Below are positions 9,264-18,111 of a DNA stretch of 64,000 bases, piece by piece. This DNA comes from Nitrospirota bacterium (GTDB lineage: Bacteria > Nitrospirota > Nitrospiria > 2-01-FULL-66-17), in the NCBI GenBank assembly GCA_049325335.1, contig JBMOMC010000011.1, positions 52,926-116,925 on the forward strand, given 5' to 3'. A program made the position numbers and the translations under genes. Numbering within the stretch: position 1 is the stretch's first letter; each line of letters begins with the position of its first letter. A model generated the notes under the pieces. It was not told the DNA's origin. It saw nothing but the letters and a program-made list of their open reading frames with translations, and made no database searches.

Positions 9264-10633
9264 GCCACATCCAGTCCGGCGGCCACCTTGTACACCGGTT
9301 CCGGATCGGGATCGAAGCGCGTTGTTTGGTAGAACGATCCCGGGAACAAGACGTCGGCTTCGAGGCGAGCCGTCAACCAGTTGGTGACGGCGTACGCCCC
9401 TTCGGTATCAATCTCCACCCCGTAATGGCGGCCGCCTCCGTCGGTCGCGTGGAATTCCGACCACAGGTCCGCGGCCGTGACCCGCAGCGTGGTTCGGTCG
9501 ATCGTGGCCACGGCCGTGAGGATGCCCGCCAACACGCCACGGCCCAGGACGCCCGACGCGCCGGGTGTTCCGGAGACGAAGGTGGAATCGATCCCTCCGT
9601 TGAAAAACAGATTGGTGGCGTCGATAAACGGGAAGACGCCGACGAACGCGTCGTAACGTTGATCGCGCATGGTTTCGATCGGCCCTCGCGAGTCTCCGCT
9701 GGTATAGAGACCCACCGCGCGGACCGAAACGGCATCGGTTACCTCGTAGGCGGCGATGAACTGAGCCGCTTTTCCCGACAGCGCGATGGATTCCTCCCGG
9801 GCCAGGAGCGGGATGGACGGATTGCTGACGCCGTTGAGGTTTCCGGTCTCCAGCACGACTTGTCCGCCGACGTGCCAGCGGGTGTTTTCCGCAACGCCGT
9901 CGACGATCCAGTACGTCAATACGCCGTTGTCCGGACGAAAGGAGGCATCGCTCAACGCCAATTGCACGTTGGTTGGCAAGAGAGTCGGAATCAGAGCGTC
10001 GCGATCCCGTAATCGGGACAGGGAGAAGGACAACCGACCATAGGTCGGGAACGCGATATCCACACGACCGCCCCCGTACAGGCTTTGGCCTTCGTGCAGC
10101 GTGCCGTCCGGGGCCAGTCGAGCGCCAAAGGCTTTGAGGTTGATGCCGGGTGTGTCGGGTGTGATGGTCATACTGCCGGACACCGCGGGTTGATAGGAAT
10201 CCATCACCAGCCCGCGGCCGATGACGAGCCGTTGTTTGCCGGCCTTGAGCCACGCCGAACCGCGGCGTGCTTTGATCCAGGCCTCGTCGATGAAGCGGGT
10301 GGTCTCCCATCGGTCCTCGACCGTGCCGTCATCCAGCGTGTCGCGGGATACCTCGCGCGAGGCAACGGTCACCACGCCCTCGACGGCGCGCACGGGTCGG
10401 ACGGAGAGCGTGGTCGTGAGATAGGCGAGCGGTGTGGACGCGTTGTGATCGTCCGGGCGATCGAGCGCGGGATTGACGTTCCACGTCGCTTCGTAGCGGG
10501 CGGCCAACAGGCCGGTGATCGAGGCGTTGACGGACCACGGGACGGTCGTTGGACCGTCTTCAGCCTTCACGCCGGGTACCGCACTGGTTAAGATGAGACA
10601 GGCGCCCATCGTCGCAAGCCCGTTACGGATCAT
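9257..10633 (-). CDS. Putative outer-membrane beta-barrel protein (alginate-export/porin-like)
   Basis: Signal peptide; alternating beta strands; LKAGKQ, YTSGD and YGVEID motifs; C-terminal aromatic residue (AGLDVAW). Confidence 0.75.
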   Translation of the reverse strand: MIRNGLATMGACLILTSAVPGVKAEDGPTTVPWSVNASITGLLAARYEATWNVNPALDRPDDHNASTPLAYLTTTLSVRPVRAVEGVVTVASREVSRDTLDDGTVEDRWETTRFIDEAWIKARRGSAWLKAGKQRLVIGRGLVMDSYQPAVSGSMTITPDTPGINLKAFGARLAPDGTLHEGQSLYGGGRVDIAFPTYGRLSFSLSRLRDRDALIPTLLPTNVQLALSDASFRPDNGVLTYWIVDGVAENTRWHVGGQVVLETGNLNGVSNPSIPLLAREESIALSGKAAQFIAAYEVTDAVSVRAVGLYTSGDSRGPIETMRDQRYDAFVGVFPFIDATNLFFNGGIDSTFVSGTPGASGVLGRGVLAGILTAVATIDRTTLRVTAADLWSEFHATDGGGRHYGVEIDTEGAYAVTNWLTARLEADVLFPGSFYQTTRFDPDPEPVYKVAAGLDVAW

Positions 10634-11081
10634 CAAGCGACAACAATACGTCGAGATCCTCAACGACCTCAAGATTCTCCAGCAATTCGTGCGACTCCAT
10701 GGCGTCAAGTTGGGCCAGCAGCTCGGGCCGATCCTGCGTGTCCTGATGCCATACCGCGACCGGCAGCACCGCGGCGAGGACCACGGCCAGCGCGGCCGCG
10801 GCCAGACGCAGCGACCACACCGGACGCGGCGGTCCCGCCGGCTCGCGGGCCTCGATCTTGGCCCAGACGCCGGCGGTGAATCGCGGCGAGGGGTCGCGGG
10901 CCTCGACGATGTTGAGGAGCGCCCACGCCGCGTTCAGTCGCTTCGCCTCGGCGCGGCACGTGGCGCAGCGTTCGAGATGGTCCGCGACGTCCGGCGTCGG
11001 TCTGTCCAAATCCGTACTAAGCCGGGACCGTACCGTCCGGCAGTCAGGCCTCGAAGAGAACGGGTTGTCGTTAGATGCCAT
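10623..11081 (-). CDS. Membrane-anchored zinc-finger (ZAS/zf-HC2) anti-sigma factor
   Basis: HLERCATC (HxxxCxxC), one TM helix, directly downstream of the ECF sigma. Confidence 0.85.
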   Translation of the reverse strand: MASNDNPFSSRPDCRTVRSRLSTDLDRPTPDVADHLERCATCRAEAKRLNAAWALLNIVEARDPSPRFTAGVWAKIEAREPAGPPRPVWSLRLAAAALAVVLAAVLPVAVWHQDTQDRPELLAQLDAMESHELLENLEVVEDLDVLLSLDDP

Positions 11082-11106
11082 CTGCTGATACTCCTGTAGT
11101 TCGTGA

Positions 11107-11132
11107 AACCCGCGGCGGTGCCAAAAGTTTCA
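11107..11132 (-). promoter_or_regulatory. Putative ECF sigma promoter TGAAAC-N16-GGTT
   Basis: Minus strand TGAAACTTTTggcaccgccgcgGGTT, overlapping the sigma stop codon and upstream of the anti-sigma. Confidence 0.65.
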
Positions 11133-11717
11133 TGGTGAGTCCTTCAGGTAGGGAGTGAGTCGGTTGGCCAAGATGGCGTTGGCGCGATGCACGCGCAATT
11201 TGGCCGCGGTCACGGAACACCCCAAAATTTGGGCGATTTCTTCGTAACCGAGGTCTTCATAACGTCGTAGCACCACGGCGAACCTGAGGCGTTCGGGTAG
11301 GCTCGCCACGGCCTGGGCCACGACCCGTCGCAACTCGCGGCGTTCCATGTCGAGCATGGGATCAAGCGTCCGAGGATCGGGGGGATCGTTGGGTGGATCA
11401 TCCTGGTCATCGTCTCCGGTCAATGTGAACCAGCGTCGAAACCTCTGCGCGCGCGCGTGGTTCAGACACACCCGACGGGCGATCGTATACAGCCACGTCG
11501 AGAACTTCGCGGTCGGCTCATACCGCGGCGCCGACCGGTAGACCCGGACGAACACGTCCTGCGCCAAGTCCTCCGCGTCCGCGTCGCGTCCGATCGTGCG
11601 GGCAATGACATTCATGAGCGGTTTGCGGTACCGCTCGACCAGCACGTCGAACGCCGCGCGGTCTCCCTCCCGCACGCGCAGCATGAGGGCGACATCCGGA
11701 TCAGACAGAAAATCCAT
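11130..11717 (-). CDS. ECF RNA polymerase sigma-70 factor
   Basis: DAEDLAQDVF and FSTWLYTIA (region 2); LGYEEIAQILG (region 4). Confidence 0.93.
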   Translation of the reverse strand: MDFLSDPDVALMLRVREGDRAAFDVLVERYRKPLMNVIARTIGRDADAEDLAQDVFVRVYRSAPRYEPTAKFSTWLYTIARRVCLNHARAQRFRRWFTLTGDDDQDDPPNDPPDPRTLDPMLDMERRELRRVVAQAVASLPERLRFAVVLRRYEDLGYEEIAQILGCSVTAAKLRVHRANAILANRLTPYLKDSP

Positions 11718-11852
11718 GCGCCGCAAGCATAGGCATCCGACCGGTTGGTTGCAAGTCGGGCACGATCCAGGCTACTGAAAGAGCCCGCCTACTGGCTGGT
11801 CACGTCTCAGTCGTGGTAGGCTGTCGGCGCCGGTCTAACCCAGGAGGACACT

Positions 11853-12248
11853 ATGTCGCAAGCGTACGGAATGCGTACTACGGTCAAGGGCTCCTACGAG
11901 GAGGCGATCCCGCGCGTGACCGAGGCGCTCAAGCAAGAAGGGTTCGGGATACTGACCCAGATCGACGTGAAGGAAACGCTCAAGAAGAAATTGAATGTTG
12001 ACTTCACAAAATATGTGATCCTTGGCGCGTGTAACCCACAGCTCGCATACAAGTCCCTCGTGTCCGAGACCGAGATCGGTCTGTTGCTTCCGTGCAACCT
12101 GATTGTTTACGAGGGTAAGGACGGCCGGACCGTAGTGGCTGCGCAGGACCCGGATGCGGCGTTGGGAATCGTGGGCAACCCCGCGCTGGTTCCGGTTGCC
12201 AACGAGGCGCGCGAGCGGCTCACACGGGTGATCAAGAGTCTGATGTGA
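11853..12248 (+). CDS. DUF302 domain protein
   Basis: GFGILTQIDV, YVILGACNP and IGLLLPCN motifs; AGGAGG RBS. Confidence 0.9.
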   Translation: MSQAYGMRTTVKGSYEEAIPRVTEALKQEGFGILTQIDVKETLKKKLNVDFTKYVILGACNPQLAYKSLVSETEIGLLLPCNLIVYEGKDGRTVVAAQDPDAALGIVGNPALVPVANEARERLTRVIKSLM

Positions 12249-12254
12249 TGTTCC

Positions 12255-12282
12255 GTAGGGGCGCACGGCCGTGCGCCCCTAC
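12255..12282. repeat. GTAG-type REP, perfect 28-bp palindrome
   Basis: GTAGGGGCGCACGGCCGTGCGCCCCTAC between convergent genes. Confidence 0.85.
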
Positions 12283-12294
12283 ACAACATGGACC

Positions 12295-12807
12295 TCACCC
12301 TTGTACTGGCTGCCGTAATGCCTTGATCGCGGCCAAAATCTCCGATGGCCGCGGGGGGCAGCCGGGAATTCTCACGTCCACCGGGATGTGCCGCTCCACC
12401 GGTCCGGTCACCGCGTAACTGCCCTTGAACGCGCCGCAGTCGATGGCGCAGTCGCCGAGCGCGATCACGAGCTTGGGGTCGGGGGTCGATCGATGCGCGT
12501 CTTTGAGCGCCCGCTCCATGTTGCAGGTCACCGGGCCCGTGACCACCAAGGCGTCTGCGTGGCGGGGCGAGGCCGCGATGTGGATGCCGAAACGCTCCGC
12601 GTCGTAGACCGAATTGACGAGCGCGTTCATCTCCATCTCGCAGGCGTTGCACGACCCGGTGTCCACTTCGCGGATCGTGAGCGACCGGCGGAAGCAGGCC
12701 GCCTTCCGCGAGGCATCGTCGGAAATCACGGGGAGGGGCGCGGTCGGTTCGGGATGCCGTCCCGTCACGACACCGGTTTTTAGACTTTTCTTGATGATTC
12801 GGAACAT
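12295..12807 (-). CDS. hyfI: Ehr/hydrogenase-4 small subunit (HyfI/NuoB-like, one [4Fe-4S] cluster)
   Basis: GSCNAC, SPRHAD, GDCA and GCPP motifs. Confidence 0.9.
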   Translation of the reverse strand: MFRIIKKSLKTGVVTGRHPEPTAPLPVISDDASRKAACFRRSLTIREVDTGSCNACEMEMNALVNSVYDAERFGIHIAASPRHADALVVTGPVTCNMERALKDAHRSTPDPKLVIALGDCAIDCGAFKGSYAVTGPVERHIPVDVRIPGCPPRPSEILAAIKALRQPVQG

Positions 12808-12822
12808 CGTGTAATTCCCCCC

Positions 12823-14415
12823 CTATAGATCGGTTCCTGCGTACGATAAATTAAAGCTTTTGTTTATTAATGGAAAATCCGGAATGATGTTGCCCAGCAC
12901 AGCGAACTGGATCGCGGGCCAGTTCACGAACGAGGGGTCGCGGACTTTGCAGCGGTGGATCGCGCCGTGCTCGCCGGCCATGACGTAGTAGAGGATTTCC
13001 CCGCGCCAGCCCTCGACCGCTCCCAGCCCCCATTGTCCGGTCTCGGGTGGTCCAGGGATCGCGGTGCGGACCTCGCTCGCCGGAATACGCTCGCACACCT
13101 GCCGAATGAGTCGGATCGACTCCGTCACCTCGTCGATCCGTACGCGCACCCGCGCGCGGACGTCGCCGTAGTTGAAGACCGGTACGCGAACGCCGAGATC
13201 GGAATATGCGGCGAACGGGCGGTCGCGTCGTACGTCGCGGTCGATGTTGGACGCGCGTCCCACCACGCCCATCACTCCGTGGTCCCAGGCAATTTGTTCG
13301 GACAGGATGCCCGTACTTTCCAGCCGATCAGTGAGCGAGGCGTTGCCAAACACGATGGCGGCCAATTCACCGAAGTCTTTGTCGGTCGCGTCCGCCTCAC
13401 GGCACACCTCGTCGAGTCGGGATTGGTTTAGGTCGATCGCGGTGCCGCCCACCACATTCACGCCGCGCAGGAAGCGACTTCCGGTGAGCCGATCGGCAAG
13501 CTGCATGAGGCGTTCTTTCATCCGACCGGCATGCGCCAGCGCAAGGGCGTAGGCCGCATCATTGCAGATCGCGCCCACGTCTCCGATGTGGTTGTGGAGC
13601 CGCTCCAACTCCAGAAATAACGTACGGAGGTAGCGCGCGCGCGGCGGGACCGTGATCTCCATCAACCGTTCCACGGCCTCGCAGTATGCCAGCGTGTGGC
13701 CGAACGAGGTGTCGCCGGAAACCTTTTCCGCAAGCGACGCACCGTCCACCAGGGGCCGGTTCTCGAAGAGCTTCTCCACGCCGCGGTGCTTCCAGAAGTG
13801 GCGCAGCTCAAGTTGCATAATGGGCTCACCCGCGACCGAAAACCGGAAATGGCCCGGCTCAATGATCCCGGCGTGGATGGGGCCCACCGGGACCTCGAAC
13901 ACGCCTTCGCCCTCAATTCGGCGGAAATGGTATTCCCCCTGCTGACGTCCCATGACGTGATCCCAGGCAAAGTCTTTCTTCAACGGGTGGGTGCCCCTGG
14001 GCCAGTGCTCGTGGCGGACGAGGCGGCGAAGGTCGGGGTGCCCTTCCGGAATCAGACCGAATAGGTCGCGGATCTCGCGCTCGTACCACTTTGCGGCGTG
14101 GATGTGGGGCGTGATCGAGGGGAAGATCCGATCGCCGTCGGAAAGCTCGGTCAGCAGAATAAGCCACGCGCCGCGACCGGCGAGCGAGAACAGGTAGTAG
14201 ATCTGGGTACGGGCCGCCATCGGCCGGAGATCCACGGCCCACTGTAGCGACAGCGTGCCGCGAAACTCCGCCGTGCTGTGGATATAGTGCGCCACCGTCG
14301 GAATGGCCTCTTTGGCCATGCTGACGATAGGGATATCTTGAACGCGACCGACACCCACGATCTGGTGTTTAAAGGTCGTGACGATTTGTTGTGCTGCCAC
14401 GTCCGCGTCATTCAC
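12823..14415 (-). CDS. hyfG: Ehr large subunit (HyfG/NuoCD-like) lacking NiFe-binding cysteines
   Basis: WYERE, VGPIHAGIIEPGHFRF and EGWRGE motifs. The L1 site reads KVSGDT and the C-terminus reads DFPLINKSFNLSYAGTDL; neither has CxxC. Confidence 0.9.
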   Translation of the reverse strand: MNDADVAAQQIVTTFKHQIVGVGRVQDIPIVSMAKEAIPTVAHYIHSTAEFRGTLSLQWAVDLRPMAARTQIYYLFSLAGRGAWLILLTELSDGDRIFPSITPHIHAAKWYEREIRDLFGLIPEGHPDLRRLVRHEHWPRGTHPLKKDFAWDHVMGRQQGEYHFRRIEGEGVFEVPVGPIHAGIIEPGHFRFSVAGEPIMQLELRHFWKHRGVEKLFENRPLVDGASLAEKVSGDTSFGHTLAYCEAVERLMEITVPPRARYLRTLFLELERLHNHIGDVGAICNDAAYALALAHAGRMKERLMQLADRLTGSRFLRGVNVVGGTAIDLNQSRLDEVCREADATDKDFGELAAIVFGNASLTDRLESTGILSEQIAWDHGVMGVVGRASNIDRDVRRDRPFAAYSDLGVRVPVFNYGDVRARVRVRIDEVTESIRLIRQVCERIPASEVRTAIPGPPETGQWGLGAVEGWRGEILYYVMAGEHGAIHRCKVRDPSFVNWPAIQFAVLGNIIPDFPLINKSFNLSYAGTDL

Positions 14416-14423
14416 CGGTCACC

Positions 14424-15953
14424 TCACTTCACTGTAATGATTGCGACCGCCATACCCATCAAGTCCCTGAGAGGCCAGGGAATCGTCACCCCCAACACCA
14501 CGAGTGCGCCGATGCTGAGAGCGAAGGGAAGATGGCTCAGTCCGAGTTTCTCGCCTCGCGGGACCCCTTCGGGGGGATCTCCCGAGACCATGCCCGCCAC
14601 TCGGTACATAAACCCTCCAAACACCACGACCGCGATGACTAGGAAGCCGGTGACGAGCGCGAGGTTGCGGACTTCGTCCGCGATCATGATGGTCAGAAAT
14701 CGACCGAGATGAATGGAGTCGGCGGCATAGACGCGCGTCGCGAGAGCCGCCAGGATCGAGAATTCGCTGACGAACATGGCCAGCGGCGGCATGCCCACCA
14801 GCGCCAGGGCTGCGATCAAGAAGGCGGTGGCGGTCCAGGGTTGAGCCTTGAGCAGCCCACGCACGCCGTCGATATCCCGCGTCCCGAACCGAACGTGGAT
14901 ATTCCCGGCGGCAAAGAACGCGAGGGATTTGGCGACAGCGTGGTTGATCAGGTGGAACAGGGCCCCGAAGGTTCCGACCCCGCCGACTCCGAACCCGATG
15001 GCCGCAATACCCATGTGCTCGATGCTTGAATACGCGAACAACCGCTTATAGTCACGCTGAACGAGAATGAACAGCGCGGAGACCCCGAAGGAAAGGAACC
15101 CGAACGTGATCAAAAGATTACCGGCATAGCCCGGGGAGACGACGGCATCGACGACAAGCTTGCTCCTGAGAATGGCGTAGAAGGCGACGGTTTCCAAGAC
15201 GCCGGCCAGCATCGCGGTGACCGGCGCCGGGGCTTCCCCGTAGGCTTCGGGGACCCAGGTGTGCATGGGAACCAGGCCGAGCTTGGTCCCATACCCGACC
15301 AGGATGAACACGAACGCCAGCTTGACGACGTGCGGATCGAGTTGACCGGCGACCGCCAACAATTCGGTGATATTGAGCGCCGCGCTGACGTCTCCCAAGG
15401 CCCGGACGGAGGATGAGTACATCAAGACGGTTCCGAACAGGGCCAGGGCGATTCCCACCGAACAGAGGATCAAGTATTTCCACCCGGCTTCGAGCGAGGC
15501 CTTCCGTCTGAAGAAGTTGATCAGAAACGTGGTCGCCAGGGTGGTGGCCTCGATCGCCACCCAGAGAATACCGAGGCTGTTGGCCAGGGTGGCCAAGATC
15601 ATGGCGAACATAAAGAGATGAAAGAGCGAGAAATACCGCTTCATCATGCGAGGCGTGATGGTTCCTCGAGCCAGGTAATGATCGAAGTACTTCCAGGCGT
15701 AAAGAGAGGAGGTGAAGCCAATCGTTGTAATGACAAGGAGGACGACGCTCGCCAGAGCATCCACATGCACGAGATCATCGTAAGCAAGGAAACTCCCATC
15801 GCGAAGAACCCTGGACATTAAGAGGGCTTGAGCGCCTCCCAGTGAAATCATCGCGGCAAAATTGATCGCGTACAACGCTTTCGGAGTTCGAAGGCCCAGG
15901 CTGAGCAGACTCGCGGCGAGAGGGATCGTGAGGAGCAAGGTGACGGAGATCAT
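14424..15953 (-). CDS. hyfF: Antiporter-like membrane subunit (HyfF paralog 2)
   Basis: WVAIEATT, EAGWKY, GYGTKLGLVPMHTW and KRLFAYSSIEHMG motifs. Confidence 0.88.
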   Translation of the reverse strand: MISVTLLLTIPLAASLLSLGLRTPKALYAINFAAMISLGGAQALLMSRVLRDGSFLAYDDLVHVDALASVVLLVITTIGFTSSLYAWKYFDHYLARGTITPRMMKRYFSLFHLFMFAMILATLANSLGILWVAIEATTLATTFLINFFRRKASLEAGWKYLILCSVGIALALFGTVLMYSSSVRALGDVSAALNITELLAVAGQLDPHVVKLAFVFILVGYGTKLGLVPMHTWVPEAYGEAPAPVTAMLAGVLETVAFYAILRSKLVVDAVVSPGYAGNLLITFGFLSFGVSALFILVQRDYKRLFAYSSIEHMGIAAIGFGVGGVGTFGALFHLINHAVAKSLAFFAAGNIHVRFGTRDIDGVRGLLKAQPWTATAFLIAALALVGMPPLAMFVSEFSILAALATRVYAADSIHLGRFLTIMIADEVRNLALVTGFLVIAVVVFGGFMYRVAGMVSGDPPEGVPRGEKLGLSHLPFALSIGALVVLGVTIPWPLRDLMGMAVAIITVK

Positions 15954-17446
15954 GGAATCTTCACCGCGACGTCTGCGCCAAAGAGACCGACTATGGGGAT
16001 GAACAGCTCCCGCAGGAAACCGGGCATGTACAACCCGAGCGAGCTCAGGGCCACGATGTTGACGATCAAGGCCGAGGTGGTGAAACGCCGAGTCGAGCCA
16101 GCCAACACGTGGCCGGGTCCAAGAGATTCGCCCAGGATCATCGGCAACGCCTGAGCGAGCAACGTGGCAAACGCGAGGGCCAAAAGGCCCAAGAAGACGG
16201 CGGCAATCCAGGGATACCGCTGATACGCCGCGGTGGCGATCAGCACTTCGCTGATGAACAGCCCGAACGGCGGCATTCCCGCGAGGGCGATGGCCGCCGT
16301 CAGCATCCCACCCCCGGTGGCCGGGTCCTGCCTGAGCAGGCCGGTGACCCGTTCCGTCACTTTGTGCCCGTGTCGCAGCAAGACCAAGCCCGCGGCGTAA
16401 AACGCGGTGGACTTCGCCAGAGCGTGGTTGAGCATGTGGAAGAAGCCGCCGAACACGCCGGCCGGTCCACCGATGCCGAACCCGACGAGGGCGATCCCCA
16501 TGTGCTCGATGCTCGAGTACGCGAAGAGCCGCTTGTAGTCGCGCTGGATCAGCATGAAGACCGCGGCAACGGCGATCGACAAGAGGCCGAGTCCGATCAC
16601 GATCGGCGCGGTGAAGGCCGCGCCCGCCGCCTGGTCCACGATGTTCTTCAGCCGCAGCACCGCATACAGGGCGATGTTCAGCATGAGACCCGAGAGCATG
16701 GCGCTGATGGGCGTGGGTGCTTCGGCGTGAGCATCAGGCAACCAGGTGTGCATGGGGGACACGCCGGCTTTGGTCCCATACCCGATCAAGACAAAGACGA
16801 AGGCCAGTTTGAGGGTGGTCGGGTCCAGCGTCGGCGCGGCCCGGTGGAGCGCGCTCCAGCTCAAGGCTTCCATGCTCACGCCGAGCACGCGCTCGGCGGC
16901 GTAGTAGACCAGCACCGTGCCGAATAACGCGAGCGCGATACCGATGAAGCTCAAGATGATGTATTTCCATCCCGCTTCCAGGGCGGCCTTGGTCCGATCG
17001 AACCCCACGAGCAGCGCTGCGGCAAGCGTGGAACCTTCGATCGCGATCCACATGAGGGCGATATTGTCGAGGGTGGTGGCCAACAACATCGCACCGAGGT
17101 ACAGGTTCAGCAGGCCAAAGAACAGCCGGTACCGCACGTGCCCCAGATGCCCGCGCGTGAGTTCCTCACCCATGTACCCCAGGGCGTAGATCAGCCCCGT
17201 CCCGCCCACGACGGCCAGCATGAGGGTCATGAAGGCGCCGAGCGTGTCGACACGCAGGAGGTGTCCAACCACGATGTCGTTTCCGGAGGCGACAGGCCCA
17301 ACCACGAGCCCCATCGCGACCAGAAGAACGGCCACGAGGGTGCCTTGAAGCCATTGCATCGCTTCTCTGGTGTGCGTCACGAGACTCAACGGGCCTGCAA
17401 GGAGCGGAGCAAGCGTGAGGACGACCAAGGCGACGCCCGCGGTCAT
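15950..17446 (-). CDS. hyfF: Antiporter-like membrane subunit (HyfF paralog 1)
   Basis: WIAIEGST, EAGWKY, GYGTKAG..PMHTWLPDAH and KRLFAYSSIEHMG motifs. Confidence 0.88.
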   Translation of the reverse strand: MTAGVALVVLTLAPLLAGPLSLVTHTREAMQWLQGTLVAVLLVAMGLVVGPVASGNDIVVGHLLRVDTLGAFMTLMLAVVGGTGLIYALGYMGEELTRGHLGHVRYRLFFGLLNLYLGAMLLATTLDNIALMWIAIEGSTLAAALLVGFDRTKAALEAGWKYIILSFIGIALALFGTVLVYYAAERVLGVSMEALSWSALHRAAPTLDPTTLKLAFVFVLIGYGTKAGVSPMHTWLPDAHAEAPTPISAMLSGLMLNIALYAVLRLKNIVDQAAGAAFTAPIVIGLGLLSIAVAAVFMLIQRDYKRLFAYSSIEHMGIALVGFGIGGPAGVFGGFFHMLNHALAKSTAFYAAGLVLLRHGHKVTERVTGLLRQDPATGGGMLTAAIALAGMPPFGLFISEVLIATAAYQRYPWIAAVFLGLLALAFATLLAQALPMILGESLGPGHVLAGSTRRFTTSALIVNIVALSSLGLYMPGFLRELFIPIVGLFGADVAVKIP

Positions 17447-18111
17447 TCCTTCAATCCGGTGAGTTTGCTCACATCCACGCTGTCGAAGGCATCTTGGAGT
17501 CGATGGGTGTAGATTCCGATAATGAGGCCGGCCACCAGCACGTCGAAGAACACGCCGAGTTCCACGATCAGCGGCATCCCGTACGCGGCGGCGACCGCCC
17601 CAAGGAACAGACCGTTCTCAACCATCAAGAACCCCACGACCTGTGTGATGGCCTTTTTCCGAGCGATCATGGTGAAGAACCCGATCAGCACGATCGCGAG
17701 CGCCACGGCCAGGGAATCTTTGGTGAGAAGAAACCCCAAACTGGCCACGGGTTCGGTGACGGAAAACGCCAGGATCACCAGCGCGCCGCAGATCAAGAGA
17801 GAAGGAGGAATGTTGATCACGAAGGCCACTTCGCGCTGGACGTTCAGTCGCTCGATGACCTTCTTCAAGATGATCGGGATGATGATGGCCTTGATCAGAA
17901 TCGTGAGCCCTGCGGCGACGTAGATGTGGTGAATGCCGGTCAAGAAGGCCACCAGGGCCGCCGTCACCGCCAAAAACACGGACTGGACGGCGAAGAGATC
18001 CACGCACGCGGAGAGCCGGCGTTGCGCCACGATGGCGAATGAGGTGACCAACAGCATCATGGAGCACACATTCACCAACTGGGAGCCGAGGTCGGCAGGC
18101 ACGGTGGTCAT
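17443..18111 (-). CDS. hyfE: HyfE-like membrane subunit
   Basis: ATGA overlap with the hyfC stop; ENG and PLIVELGVFFD motifs. Confidence 0.88.
   Translation of the reverse strand: MTTVPADLGSQLVNVCSMMLLVTSFAIVAQRRLSACVDLFAVQSVFLAVTAALVAFLTGIHHIYVAAGLTILIKAIIIPIILKKVIERLNVQREVAFVINIPPSLLICGALVILAFSVTEPVASLGFLLTKDSLAVALAIVLIGFFTMIARKKAITQVVGFLMVENGLFLGAVAAAYGMPLIVELGVFFDVLVAGLIIGIYTHRLQDAFDSVDVSKLTGLKE

Noticed and set aside
15590..15950. Locally lower GC suggesting horizontal transfer
   Set aside because: It is a short stretch encoding Ile/Phe-rich TM helices within an intact operon; HGT cannot be supported without computation
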